Positions 1 through 12,498 of a stretch of DNA of 64,000 nucleotides are shown in pieces; position 1 is the stretch's first letter; each line of letters starts with the position of its first letter. The position numbers were made by a program, and so were the translations under genes. Source of the stretch: Okamejei kenojei (Eukaryota); the NCBI GenBank assembly GCA_035221665.1, contig CM069157.1, positions 11,842,001 to 11,906,000 on the forward strand, read 5' to 3'. Under the pieces are notes generated by a model. The model had not been told where the DNA came from and made no database searches. It saw only the letters and a list, made by a program, of their open reading frames with translations.

Positions 1-39
1 GGGATTAGGAAGAAAAGAATCAGATGGGATTAGCAAGTA

Positions 40-180
40 GTTGGTGAGACAGTCACGTTTGGTCTGGCCAATGTAAACGTGGGCACTGGATGCAGGAGAC
101 AAGGTGCATGTGTACCTTTGTCTCACCTCAAAGGGCTTCAGAGATCCATGAATGGAGGTGAGGGAGGATGTGCAGCCTCT
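40..180 (-). mobile_element. Penelope-like element GIY-YIG fragment
   Basis: Minus strand reads tacattggccagaccaaacgt = YIGQTKR. Confidence 0.5.
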
Positions 181-759
181 TGTGTCCAGGAAATCTCTTA
201 AATTCAACAGCAAAGAATTAATAACAATACACAGCACTTTCTCAGAAGCAGTAGTTCAACATGTCACAGCAGAGAATGCAAAACGCTAGCACAGACTGAG
301 ATTAGTAACAAAAAAAATGTCCATTTACTCTTTAGAAGAGGATATTGCTCGTTGCCCCTGTAAGCAGACAGATGTTGAAATAATTTGAGAATTAGTATTA
401 AAGAAAGATAAATTAAGATTCCCTCTGTCTTGTATTCCTGAACTTTGACAGTTATACGGGGTCCCTGACTGCTTGAGGTGGCTCTATCTGTTATGTTGTT
501 CTGGGACATGAAGCTGATGTTGCTGTTGGAAATGTCCACGAGTTAGGGAGGAGATGAGACAACATGGGAAGGCCTGCTATTAAATCACTACATTTTATGC
601 AGAACCAGTAAAGTCAACCCAGGAAAGATTGACAATTTAGCAAAGGAGCTCCATTAGATTGCAAGGAAATATTCTATGAAAAGTTTCTCCTGGAGCAAAA
701 CGTATAATTTTGGTAAGGTAGACCAGGAGAAAACTTGCGCTTATTTGATGGTTCCTTAA

Positions 760-1053
760 GGGCCTGTCCCACTGTACTGGCTAATTCAAGAGTTCTCCCG
801 AGTTTCCCCTAATTCGAACTCGGAGAATTACGATAATAGCCGCTCGTAGGTACTCGGGGCTCTCATGGACATTTTTTAACATGTTGAAAAAACTTCACGA
901 GCTTACTGCATTTCTCGAGTAGCTGGTGTTAGCGTTATGAGCCGCTAAGAGACGTCCCGAGCTCCGACGTACCCGCTACGTACTTACCACGAGTTTGATT
1001 TATTTTTAAACTTGGGAGAGCTCTTGGGTAAACTCGTATAGTGGGACAGGCCC
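760..1053. mobile_element. Non-autonomous DNA transposon (MITE), TTAA-flanked
   Basis: TIR GGGCCTGTCCCACT / AGTGGGACAGGCCC, extending imperfectly to about 46 bp. TTAA on both sides (756-759, 1054-1057). CpG-rich interior. Confidence 0.85.
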
Positions 1054-2079
1054 TTAACTCTTCTATCAGCCTATTTAAATTATTCGGATTGTTAAGAAAA
1101 CATAACTTGCAGAAAAATTCTGGTGAGGTGCTATTTATCTATGTGCTGGAACCAGAGTGGAAAGTTGGGAGACACAATGAACTGCAGCTGCCTGTGTACA
1201 AAAAAAAGACACATTTGCTGGAGTAACTAAACGGGTCAAATGGCATCTCTGTAGAACATGAATTGGTGCCTTTATGTTGGAACTCTTCTTTTGGGTATGT
1301 TTAATTAAATTTAGTGTATTCCTGCAGAGGGAGCTATCTCTTTATTAGTGCATTATTAGTTTATCAACTGAAGCTATCGCAATCAATGCGCACAGAGACA
1401 CCGCTGCAAGAACTTTGATTAGAGGGCAAAAAACTATCATGAATTTCTGAAGTACTTTCCATTCAGGAAGAATAAAATTGTATTAAGTTTATGTAGGAGA
1501 TATTCTCCATGTTATGGAGATATATTGTTGGGATTTCAGTGGAAACCGATGGGCCCAGTTCATATTATACTTGCAGGGTAACAATTATGGGTATTGATTG
1601 GAGTCACCCAAGTTGAGACAGTGTTTGAAAGTACAGAAATGGGCAATAAAAAGATCCTAGAGCAAATCCAGCTGCAGGACAATTGGCCCTTCATATCTTT
1701 ATTATCATTGAATGAAAGTGTGACTTGTCTCTTAGTGTCACTTCCCTGGTACAACTATGCTATCACTTGAGACTAAATGTCCTCATTTACACAACCTTCA
1801 TTAAGGGAAATTATCAACTCCATTGCCTTTTTCAAAGCATGGTGTCACCTTTGGGGAAAATAAATCAAATTGTTTCAGATCTTCCCCATACAATCACACT
1901 GGTGGTTGTTGATTAATCATTGCCTTCCATAGATTAACTCTAATCAGAATCTTTTCCAATAACTCTGGCACCTCACGTATGTTAAACAAAGATGTATAAA
2001 TTCATTATCGCCCTGCAATCTCCTCCTTTGGCTCTGACTTGGATACACTTCAGAAGGACATTCAGAAGGAACTGCAACA

Positions 2080-2240
2080 GCAATAGGTGCAGGAGTAGGC
2101 CATTTGGCCCTTCAAGCCTGCACCGCCATTCAATGTGATTATGGCTGATCATCCCCAATCAGTACCCTGTTCCTGCCTTCTCCCCATATCGCCTGACTCC
2201 GCTATTTTTAAGAGCCCTATCTAGCTCTCTCTTGAAAGCA
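2080..2240 (-). mobile_element. CR1-type (HER1-like) LINE 3' end, inserted in a Penelope-type terminal repeat fragment (about 2060-2270)
   Basis: ataggtgcaggagtaggccatttggcccttcaagcc is shared with 6923, 7529 and 4560-4625. Flanks cagaaggaactgca...gctggtttaaactgaagatagacac form a split PLE terminus. Confidence 0.7.
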
Positions 2241-2964
2241 TACGCTGGTTTAAACTGAAGATAGACACATGCTGCGTGTATCAGGTCCTTGGGCTTTATC
2301 CAATTGTTAAGGTTAATAAGACTCCCTTTGTCTCCTTTTTAATGATAGTACATCCTGGAATGTTGTTGTTCACCTCCTGGAATCCCCCCACTACATTGTG
2401 TGAAATGGTTTTGTCACCGGCATAGGAATGAAGGCGAGGTTGACAAAGATCAAAGAATGAGCCATGGATATGGAAAGGGTTTATATGGAAGGTGAAATTA
2501 AGAGAAGATACAAGGGGACTGAACAAAGCTTGAAATCAATAAGAATGAGATATGGTTTCATGCAGGATATCCTTCAGAACAAGGTCATTAACATTTCAAT
2601 AGAAAATGTGCTGGAAAAACTAAGATTTGCCCAGTTTCAAATTGTTTTATCTCGTCTATTTTCATCAATATCCAGGACTTCTATATTCTTAGGATCAGAA
2701 GTTTTGTTAGCCTATGCATTGAACCCCACAAATGGGAGGAGGCCATGCACTCCCAAGTCCATTCCAGTGGTATGCACGACCAGTCCTACTAATGCCACCT
2801 CTCCCTGGATAAGCACTGCACGAACTTATCCAGCTCAGTTTTGTACATAACTGGATCTGCTTCTGCAACCATCTCTGGCAGAGCTTTTTGATATTGCCAA
2901 TTTATGATCTCTCTGACCCAAGGAAAATAATCTCATCTTCATTCTACCGAATCACTTTGCAAGT

Positions 2965-3250
2965 CATACAGTGCGGAAACAGGCCCTTCAGCTCAACCTG
3001 CCCATGCCCAAGAAGCCCTACCCAAGTTATGCCCATTTGCCCCATGCCTGGCTTTTATCCACACCAAACCTTTCCTGTCCAAGTGTCTTTTTAATGTTAT
3101 TATATCTGCCTCAACTATCTCCTCTAGCAGCTCGTTCCACATACTCGCCATGTGTGAAAAAGGTGCCCTTCAGGTTTCTAGTAAACTTTTCTCCATTCAC
3201 CTTAAACCCGTGTCCTCTAGTTCTTGATTCCCCTTCTCTGGGCAAAAGAC
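2965..3250 (-). mobile_element. CR1-type LINE 3' fragment (second subfamily)
   Basis: gtcatacagtgcggaaacaggcccttcagc...cccctctagttcttgattcccc; similar to 21255-21660 and to the reverse complement of 47770-48065. Confidence 0.6.
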
Positions 3251-3355
3251 CGATAATTCTTGATAAGCTTCTTCACTGATTATAGTACCACCTGTTAAGT
3301 TAATTGTCACATGTACCAAGGCACAGTGAAAAGCTTTTGTTTCATGCTAATACCC

Positions 3356-4102
3356 TCATCAACCGCCAGGTGGCGCTTCGATAGCAGCCTCGCCTACAGT
3401 CTGTCCTTTTCTTGTTATTTTCGGTGTTTTAAAACTGTGTGTTAATGTTCTCCGGTTTGTTTTATGTGGGGGGTGGGCGGGGGAAACTTTTTTTCAACCT
3501 CTTACCTTGCCGGAGATGCGATTGTTTCCTGGGTCGTATCTCTGGTTGCTCTGCGGCCTAACATTGTGGAGCTGGAGGCCTTGCTTGGGACTGACTTTGA
3601 GCCCCACCGCGGGGCGGGGACTTGGCATCGGGGTAGATCCCTTGCCTGGGATCAACGCTCCAACTTTAACATCTGCGGACTTTAACATCAAGGGCTCACT
3701 GTCTCGGGAGAGACAGAGTCGGGATGCTCCAGAAGCAACACGACGTCGCTAGCCTCAACCCGAGATAGATCGCCCGGCGCAGGGGGGGGGCTGAGATTCC
3801 CCCCCCCCCCCCACCGATGCAGGAGCTTGAACGCCCCGACGATGAGGCCCGCCGCCAGCTACGGGAGTAAAATCATCCCGTCAACGGAAGGTTTAGCGGC
3901 CCCGACCACTGGAGGACCAAGAAGGGAAGAGATTGAACTTTTTTTTCACCTTCCATTACAGTGAGGAATCTGGGGAAGTCACTGTGGTGGATGTTTATGT
4001 TAAACTGTATTTTGTGTGTTCTGAAGCTTTTTATTAGTATGACTATATGGCAAATCAAATTCCTTATATGTTGCAACGCATATTTGGCAAATAAAGTATG
4101 AG
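3356..4102 (+). mobile_element. Unclassified GC/CpG-rich interspersed repeat with retroposon-like AATAAA tail
   Basis: Abrupt GC- and CpG-rich island in AT-rich DNA, poly-G/C runs, ends ...gcaaataaagtatga. Confidence 0.5.
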
Positions 4103-4184
4103 TAACCTTCTTGGTTACTTCAAAATACTCAAATTTGAGGCGCAAACTCCCATAACACAAACCATGCTGAGACGGGACTGACAT

Positions 4185-4625
4185 GTGAGGAAAGAATGGG
4201 TTGTCTGGGCTTGTATTCACTGGTATTCAAGGATGAGAGAGGATCTTATAGAAACGTATACAATTCTTAAGGGATTGCACAGGCTAGATGCAGAAAAAAT
4301 GTTCCCAATGTTGGGGGAGTCCAGAAATAGGGGTCACAGTTTAAGAATAAGGCGTAGGCCATTTAGGACAGATGAGGAAAAACTTTTTCACCCAGAGAAT
4401 TGTGAATCTGTGGAAATCTCCGCCACAGAAGGCAGTGGAGGCCAATTCACTGGATGTATTCAAGAGAGTTAATTATAGCTCTTAGGGCTAATGGAATCAA
4501 GGGATATGGGAAGAAAGCAGGAATGGGGTACTGATTTTGGATGATTAACCATGATCATATTGAATGGCAGTGCTGGCTCGAAGGGCCAAATGGCCTATTT
4601 GTGCACCTATTTTCCATGTTTCTAT
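4185..4625 (+). mobile_element. CR1-type LINE ORF2 C-terminus and 3'UTR
   Basis: ORF 4185..4472 has RMREDLIETYTILKGLHRLDAEKMFPMLGESRNRGHSLRIR, a typical CR1 ORF2 end. Confidence 0.85.
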
Positions 4626-5814
4626 CCCAGTAAGCCCATCTTTCCAAATGCATGCAATTCCTATCCCTCAGAATCCTTTCCAATAACTTTCCTACCGCAA
4701 ATGTTAGGCTCACTAGTCGATAGTTCCCAGGTTTTTCTTTGCAACTCTTTTTAGAGGCATATTAGCCACCCATCAGCCTTCCGGCACCATATCTAGTAAG
4801 ATTCATATATCTCAGTCAGTATCTACACCCCCTTAAAACGTTTAGATTTTTAAAGTGTAACACCCACAATCAATATTCCTGTCGTATCCAAACCAGTGTT
4901 TTTTACATTTTTGATTACTTCCTTGCTCCTGTATTCTATAATTTTAACGCTCAGGATCCCATGTACATTTTCTTTAAAACTACATTTTCAACATGTTCTG
5001 CCATTCAACAAATTTTGCACACAAGGGAACATGAAAAAGTAAAAATATACCCAGTGAACCCTTTTTAGAATGGTTCACTCATTTATAGTTCTAGTACCAA
5101 TCGTTATCTGTGCCCTTGCCTCCAGTCCAAAAAAAGCAATCTCTCTTGTTTTCTTGGTCCTTAGCCACTTCGTATCCATGCTGCTATAATCCCTTTTATG
5201 GAATAGCTCTAAATAATGTGACATGAGACATCAAATATTTTGAAAGTCCACTGCAGTGACACTTCTATTACCTTGGTGAAGAAAAAAAACTAGTAAGTTA
5301 GTCAAGATATAATTTGCATTTAACAAATCCATGTTCTCTAATTATACTTGGACAAGTAACTACACTTCTGTCCTGTTTTGGAACATTCACCACCATGGAG
5401 GTTAAACTAAATGACCAACATTTGCAGTGTTTATCCCTATATGGATCTATTGGAATATGGGTGCATATTTGCATCTTTTCAGTCCTCAGACACCTCTCCA
5501 AAATCTCAAAGTACTTGGAAAGTTATTTCCTCCATTGCTTTCCTCATTAATCTGAGAAGCATTCCACATGGACCAGGTGCTGTAACCATTTTCAAATGCA
5601 GCTAGCCTTTCATTTCATCTAGCTTAAACCCATCCAGAATCTCAACTAATTCTTCCTTGCAAAAAAAGCTAATGCAAATCATTTAGTACCTTAGCCAGAT
5701 CTTCTGCCTCTGCAAGATTTTCTGTTTAGTCCCTCATTCACTTTTTTAAATAAAATACTTCACCACTGAACCTCATCGAATTGGCCTGGCTCTCCCTTGT
5801 ATTAACAACTTGCA

Positions 5815-6070
5815 TCTGCACCCCATCGTCCCACATTCTGCATCCCATCATTATCACTCCTTCCCCAGCTAACAATGGGGGATTATGGGCTCCACATTTC
5901 CTTGGCCATCTGTTGCCCCCCTTGTTTTCGTTCTGGCCTTTTCCTATCTACAATTCTCCGAAGGGTTTCGACACAAAATGTCACCTATTCCTTTTCTCTG
6001 GAGATACTGCCTGACCCGTTAAGTTGCAGACTTAAGACTTTGTGTCTGTTCATCTGCAGTTCCTTCCTAC
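5815..6070 (+). mobile_element. Penelope-type terminal repeat remnant with decayed hammerhead motif
   Basis: gaagggtttcgacacaaaatgtcacctattccttttctctggagatactgcctgaccc. Confidence 0.6.
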
Positions 6071-6389
6071 GCAATGCTGCCTATCACTATAATAGAAACA
6101 CGCAGCTCAATAAAGTTCTCCCAAGCACAATCCCCGCATCCATTGCGCTAATATCACTATCCCAGTTTCTATTTCCACAGTTGAAGATCTCCATTTTTGT
6201 TATTTTAGCACTTTTGCAATTTCCCTGCTAATTTATTCAATTTTACTGGCTGGCAATCTATTGATTTTTTTTCCACTAGTGATCACATCTCTATTTTTCT
6301 CAAACTGTAAAGAATGGATCATTTTAAACAGCAGATACTGAAAACAAGAGATAAAAACTGAAAAATGAAGTTAAAAGTATACAAAAGAA

Positions 6390-6922
6390 CATAAAGTGCT
6401 GGAGTACCTCAGCAGGTCAGGCAGAGAACATGAATAGGTATTATTTCAGATTAAGATCCTTCTTCAGAGTGTGTGTGTGTGGGGGGGGGGGGGGGGGGGG
6501 AGGGGGGGCGGGAGGGAGAGGGAAGAAAACTTGGAGGCAAGACAAAGCGTGGCTTGGATACAGGCAAGGTTTTTTCTTTGATAGGCAGATGGTTGGAACA
6601 AAGAGTAAAAGCAAGTGAGAAACAGGATTGAAAGTTGTGAATTGTGAAGCTAGGAGGAAAATAGCAGGGCTGTAGGAGAAGGAAATAGGTTGGAGTCCAT
6701 GAGGGGCACAAGAATGTGGGGGGGAGTTGGTAGGGTTTTTTTAGAGGTTATCTAAAATTGCAGAATTCATTATTCATTCCATTGGGTTGTAAGCTCCCAA
6801 AGTGGTAAATAAGGTAGTGTTCCGTCAGTTTACATGTGGCCCCTCTAACAATGGAGGTGGCCCAGAATATAAAGGCCATGTTGGGAATGGGAAGGGGAGT
6901 TAAAATGATTAGCAGCCGGGAG
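6390..6922 (-). mobile_element. Penelope-like retroelement 3' end (GIY-YIG C-terminus plus terminal repeat)
   Basis: Minus frame ...CKLTEHYLIYHFGSLQPNGMNNEFCNFR*, homologous to 41500-41640, followed by the terminal repeat. Confidence 0.75.
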
Positions 6923-7032
6923 ATAGAAACATAGAAAATAGGTGCAGGAGTAGGCCATTCGGCCCTTCGAGCCAGCACCGCCATTCAATATGATCATGGC
7001 TAATCATCCAAAATCAGTACCCCGTTCCTGCT
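6923..7032 (-). mobile_element. CR1-type LINE 3' tail
   Basis: atagaaacatagaaaataggtgcaggagtaggccattcggcccttcgagcc. Confidence 0.75.
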
Positions 7033-7037
7033 TTAAT

Positions 7038-7170
7038 TCAGAAGGAACTGCAGATGCTAGTTTACACTGAAGATAGACACAAAATGCTGGAGTAACTCAG
7101 CAGGTCAGGCAGCATCTCGGGAGAAAAGGAATAGGTGAATGTTAAAGGTTGAGACCCTGCTTCAGACTGA
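7038..7170 (-). mobile_element. Penelope-type terminal repeat copy
   Basis: gaaggaactgcagatgctag...agtaactcagcaggtcaggcagcatctc...gagaccctgcttcagactga. Confidence 0.75.
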
Positions 7171-7528
7171 ACTTTATTGCTATTCTTTCTGCATGTTTAA
7201 TCTTTTTTGGTCTTCAATTGACCTCAATTTCAGTATCAGCAAAGGACAAAAGTGATATCTGCATCCAAGTGAAGGAAATATGTTGCCCTCACAAATATTA
7301 ACATATAATTGGAAATGTTAGCTGCTTTACCCAAGTCTTGGCAATATAATAAGATGGTTCTAAGGGACCGAATATTTTCAGCTAATTCTTAGATTAAATT
7401 TATTACAGGAAGTAATTCAACTTGTTGCATCCTTACTAGTCAAAACAGCTAATCCCAGTTGCCAGCTTTTGCTCTGTTACCAAATACTTTAAATCCAAAG
7501 GATGACATTTGAACCAACATATCCAGAT

Positions 7529-7705
7529 CATAGAAACATAGACATAGAAACATAGAAAATAGGTGCTGGAGGAGGCCATCCGGCCCTTTGAGCCAGCACC
7601 GCCATTCATTGTGATCATGGCTGATCGTCCCCTATCAATAACCCGTGCCTGCCTTCTCCCCATATCCCTTGACTCCACTAGCCCCTATCTAACTCTCTCT
7701 TAAAT
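7529..7705 (-). mobile_element. CR1-type LINE 3' tail with (ATAGAAAC)n microsatellite end
   Basis: catagaaacatagacatagaaacatagaaaataggtgctggaggaggcc. Confidence 0.75.
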
Positions 7706-8100
7706 CATCAGTTGCCATCACTGGATCACAGGTACAGTCATTTAATATGGTACCAGTCTCTATAGTTAGAATAGGGGCAGAAATTCAGGTTTAAACTAGG
7801 GATATTTTGATTAGTGAAATTCAATATAATATCAAATATCACCTCTCTGGTGGTACGGGAAAATAGAAAAATTAGGAAATACATACCATGAGAGTTAACA
7901 TACTTTCTCCTGCTACTTCCACAATAGCAAGCCTCCCACACTAAAACCAGCCAATATTGTCACACAATTTTAGAATACTGATGATTCGGGCTCCACACTG
8001 CACGCAGCCAGACAGTTAATTCCAGGATAAATAGCAATGTCTGCTCAAGCAGAGAAGAGAAATGAAATAGGAAGAGACATGTGTGGAGTATAGAGCCAAG

Positions 8101-8226
8101 CAAGGGTCTCGACTTGAAACGTCACCCATTCCTTCTCTCCAGCGATGCTGCCTGTTCCGCTGAGTTACACCAGGGTTTTGGGTCTATCTTCGATTTAAAG
8201 CAGCATCTACAGTTCTTTCCTACACA
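8101..8226 (+). mobile_element. Penelope-type terminal repeat copy (5'-truncated within the hammerhead motif)
   Basis: aagggtctcgacttgaaacgtcacccattccttctctcc...agttctttcctacaca. Confidence 0.75.
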
Positions 8227-9661
8227 AGCTTAGGCTGAGTTACCCATCTCCATGCTCTGCATTCAATGTAATTTTATATACACAGAGAGGTGTTGCCTTG
8301 TATAGGGACCGATGACAGCAGCTGACCACAATGGGACAGAGTCAATACTACCAGGAACAGCTGAGAACAGAGTCTATTCTAAAAGTTCCACCAAAAGCAG
8401 ACTTCATGCCTATGAAAACGGGAATATTGCAGTTAAAACGTGCTGGCTGTTCCTACAAAATGTTGATTTAAAAATCAAAAATGGTTACTCTTGATTATGT
8501 TCCTTTGCCTTTCTCCTTCTCAAGACTATACTGTTATATTCGCAGTCAACTGCAGATATCCAGTGCTTCCTTCAGTCCTAGGGTTACTTTTCCTTTATAA
8601 GAAATATAAATGCTCAATCTGATATCCAAGACAATTGCGGGTTTGTTTTAGCACATGTCCTGCCTCAATGGATCTCTCCAAGGTGTAAGGAAACAGGCCC
8701 CAATAAACCATAGATGGGAGGGGAGATCAATCAGACTGCCTCTCTCCATCATTTTATTTTAGTAACATCTAGTCACAGACATCAGGTGCAGGTAGAAGTC
8801 AACACCTACACAGGACAATACATTGTTAGCTTATGTTAGCATAGTGGCAAAGAAAAAGTAGTAATTTAATTGTATGTAGTAGCATTGTTGGTAATAGAAA
8901 ATTGAAGCACCCAACCAATTACTGCAGTTTGTATTACTGACAAAAAGCTTCAGTGCAACAAATTCTTGAACATGTATAAATGTGCTGTATACATTCTTGT
9001 AATTTAAGATGCTGCGCATTTAATGTTGGATGAAAGTTAAAAAATGTGTGTAAAGTTAAAGAGCCTTCAAGTCTTACAATTGCAGTGACTTTGTAATCAA
9101 TCCCCAGGACCTTTACTGGGGTAGTTTCTAGCTCCTCAAATCAATCTGTTAAATACCATGCTCACAAATTACCTGAGCACCTACAGTCGGGCTCATGTAC
9201 ATGATTCGTTACGATTTACTTTGGCATCTGGTCTACTTACTGATTCTCCGCTATTTATTTATTCAATCACATTCGCTGGATGTTCGGAATGGAGGAGCAT
9301 TCTCCTCAAATGATTTGCACAGTCCAAAACCAACGCAGTTATTGAAAAGCCAATGTACTTATTGAAGCTCTTTTACCAAGATATTAGCATTTCTTCAAGT
9401 GGTCAATCTATATATCACAGCTTCTTCTACTCGAGTTCTAACTTTTCAGAAGAAACTGTACGAGTGTAAAGGAGTAGGCACCTAATAACTGTTCTTTCTA
9501 TAAGCCAGTGATGCTGGCATGCAAACAAAGGTGCAGGATGGGCTCATTTGACAATGCAGTCCAGTGATCCAAATGACCGTTTCTTCAACCTTTATCCCAC
9601 GTGCACTTGTCATAGCCATCGAAGGAGGCATCCCTTCAGACCTGTGGAATTAAACGAAAAC

Positions 9662-9812
9662 NNNNNNNNNNNNNNNNNNNNNNNNNNNNNNNNNNNNNNN
9701 NNNNNNNNNNNNNNNNNNNNNNNNNNNNNNNNNNNNNNNNNNNNNNNNNNNNNNNNNNNNNNNNNNNNNNNNNNNNNNNNNNNNNNNNNNNNNNNNNNNN
9801 NNNNNNNNNNNN
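9662..9812. other. Assembly gap (151 N)
   Basis: Run of N. Confidence 1.
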
Positions 9813-10800
9813 AATATGCAGATTTCATAGCACTGAAAAATCTCAAATTGTGTTTCTTCATTATTTTTTGTGAGCTTCAACTGAACCTAAACTTTTTCCA
9901 CACCTTGATTATAAAGGAAAAACGTGATCTGTTGCTCTCCTTGAACTAGAGCACAACTTTATACATACAGAAACTTGTACATTACCCTCGCAGGATATGG
10001 CCGATGGAAATAAAAGCTATCACTTTTTGCTTGACCATGTCATGAAAATTGTAAACCTCATTCTACGAGAGAAGGAAAAAAACAACCAACTTTGAGGGTA
10101 TGTGCATTGTACAACTTCTATATACAATCACAGCTCAGGGGCTGTAGCTGCAGTTTAAAATCAGTCAGGAAGTGAAAGAGGAAAAGTCCATACAATCAAG
10201 GGGAGGTGGTGTAGATACACACGATACTTTGAGAAGGGGAAAAGCCTTTTTTCACGTTTACTGTAAACTAAAAAATGTTTTAAAACTACAGTTCGCTGCC
10301 AAACCAGCATTGTTCAATGTGAAATATTGTTTACAGCTGGTCAAAGGTTACATATGTTCAGGGTTTAATGTGTAGGCTGTCTCCTGCATAATGTACACAG
10401 AGCTTCTCATGAGCCACCTTCCAGTGGTTGAATTACAATCCAAGAGCACAGCACTGAACCAAAGATTTCCCAAGTCATTTAGCTTCCAAAATTTACCATA
10501 AAAATTTTGAAGCAGGGCCCTCCAGGGAGGGATGCCCGAGGATGAGGCATTCTCCCAAACTCGCTGCAAATGAGACAGCAACTTTGGTTAAAAAATTTCT
10601 GACTTATACACAGGCAGCAAACATTCATCTTTTTTATCCCCCCTCTGGTACTTGATCAAAATGACTACGATATCCTTCCATTATTAAGAATAGGTGGGGC
10701 AAGTTTTGGGAACAGAGGTGGTTTTTGCATAAATAAAGACAGAAACAGTCGATTCAAAGATCTCCAATCACGCACACACACAGTAAGGTTCCCACAGCTG
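9813..10800 (-). other. ARID1A: ARID1A 3'UTR (continues into the gap)
   Basis: Directly follows the stop codon and has no repeats. Contains blocks that I recall in the mammalian ARID1A 3'UTR (tttatttatgcaaaaaccacc; gttgtacaatgcacataccc; aggttcagttgaag...gaagaaacacaatttgagatttttcagtg). Confidence 0.75.
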
Positions 10801-12498
10801 TCATGACTGGCCGATCATGAAGAGTACATCACAAATTACATTTGTAACCAGTGAGTTCAGGAGAGGCGATACAGAGATATCTAGCAGTCGTGCCTCATGC
10901 AACGTGAACTCAGAGTGGTTTTCTTCTACTTTTGCCATTGCTAGCAGGGCCTTGGCTGCCCGCCGCATCATGTCCATACTTGTTGGCTCAATAGGTGCAG
11001 TTTGCAAGTGCATCAGACTGGGCTGACTCTGCTGGAGTTGAGTGGCTGCAAGACTATCCTCCAAAAAGCCCAGTAGGTTACTGATGCTTCCCTTACGAAC
11101 GGCAATTGCTCTGGCAGCCAAGCTGTCTCCTTGCGCCAGATTTGCCAACAGTACCATACACATTTCACGGCACACCTGACTTTTGCGTTCCCCAATGAGC
11201 CGGACCAGTATCCCATAAAGTTTCTCCAAGCGGCTAAAGGGAGGCGTTGCCAGGATGAGGTCCACATTATTGTCCTGGATACTAAGTTTACACAAGCTCT
11301 CCAGGACGAGTCTCTGGGGAGAGAGCATTGAATTAGGGCCTAGCGTTGGGAAAGGGTCTTGGGCCTCCGCTGCAGGACACACAGCCCAGTGCATCAATCC
11401 ATCCAGAAGTGGCAGGCAGATACTCTCTGGATACAGAGACAGGTCCAACTGCCCAGAAATATTGGCCATTGTGACAAGAGTGTTTTCCCGTAATACTTCT
11501 AAACAGTCCCACCACCATTCATCACGATCGCAGCTTACACCTTCATCCTCCTCATCCTCCTTCTCGTATGTTAACGGCGTTTGTTTCCGTTCTGGGTGCT
11601 CGTGATGCTGCAATATAAGCTTGCCCAAGATAAGCAGCAAGCCAGGGTGCTTTGACAACTCTGCGTCATTCCCAGGCACAAACGACAAGCTGCGGATAAT
11701 GTTTGATATACAAATACACCGCTTCGCTAAAGAGTCCTGCCAGTCGGCCATCATACATAACGGCACCTCATCCCGGCTGCACGGCTCGTCCTCCAGAATT
11801 TTGATATTTTTATGACTTTGTGCCTGATGAATAGCAAAAGGAAACTTGTTGTTATCTGTGTTTCCCTCTACTGACCCGTTAACTGCTTCCTTGTTTAAGG
11901 AGCCAGGCCTCGCTGACAGAACATCATCTATGGTCGCAGTTATGCTTTTCTCGGACTCCTCACCACTCATTGTTTCCTCAGCGATTCCTTCGGTCCCTTT
12001 TTTGCTTTCAGCTGCGTGCCTTTTTGTGGATCCCTTATGGGTCATGGTTCGTTTCCGCAGGGGTACCTGTGTCTTACTCTCAAAGTGTGTTTGGATGTGT
12101 TCCGTAGTGTCACCTCCCCCAATCTGCCAGTGTAGCAAACCACTGTCAAACTCCTGTACCCTACCCAATTTATCTGAATTATCTACCACAAATAGATCAT
12201 CCTTTATAACCATTTTCACAGGAAGTCTGTCAAACTTGCTGACATGCTTGGGATTCTTTTCTGCATTCTCAATGGCCGTTGCATCTTCAGTTAGATTAGC
12301 TGCCATTTCCTCTTCACTGATGTGTTCCCTGTCTCCCCCTGTCTCAAGCTCTGATGGTTCCTTTACTTTCCCAAACAGCTCTGGATCCAGGAGTGTCTTT
12401 TGGCCGGGATGTCCAATCTCGTACTCCTTCAGGATTCCAAATATTTCAATCAAGCATTTCCGGAAATATTCCACCAGAAGCTCCAAGAATCCGGGTAA
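10801..12498 (-). CDS. ARID1A: ARID1A terminal exon 20 CDS, BAF250_C (ARM-like) domain
   Basis: ttttttcctag|TTA acceptor; 565 codons to TGA at 10801-10803; [12 protein letters not shown]...[16 protein letters not shown]...VLFMIGQS. Confidence 0.97.
   Translation of the reverse strand, partial: LPGFLELLVEYFRKCLIEIFGILKEYEIGHPGQKTLLDPELFGKVKEPSELETGGDREHISEEEMAANLTEDATAIENAEKNPKHVSKFDRLPVKMVIKDDLFVVDNSDKLGRVQEFDSGLLHWQIGGGDTTEHIQTHFESKTQVPLRKRTMTHKGSTKRHAAESKKGTEGIAEETMSGEESEKSITATIDDVLSARPGSLNKEAVNGSVEGNTDNNKFPFAIHQAQSHKNIKILEDEPCSRDEVPLCMMADWQDSLAKRCICISNIIRSLSFVPGNDAELSKHPGLLLILGKLILQHHEHPERKQTPLTYEKEDEEDEGVSCDRDEWWWDCLEVLRENTLVTMANISGQLDLSLYPESICLPLLDGLMHWAVCPAAEAQDPFPTLGPNSMLSPQRLVLESLCKLSIQDNNVDLILATPPFSRLEKLYGILVRLIGERKSQVCREMCMVLLANLAQGDSLAARAIAVRKGSISNLLGFLEDSLAATQLQQSQPSLMHLQTAPIEPTSMDMMRRAAKALLAMAKVEENHSEFTLHEARLLDISVSPLLNSLVTNVICDVLFMIGQS

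Noticed and set aside
1-9660. Neighbouring protein-coding gene (e.g. PIGV, the human downstream neighbour)
   Set aside because: No recognisable exon; all ORFs here are short or repeat-derived
9548-9949. ORFs spanning the N run
   Set aside because: Artefacts of the assembly gap
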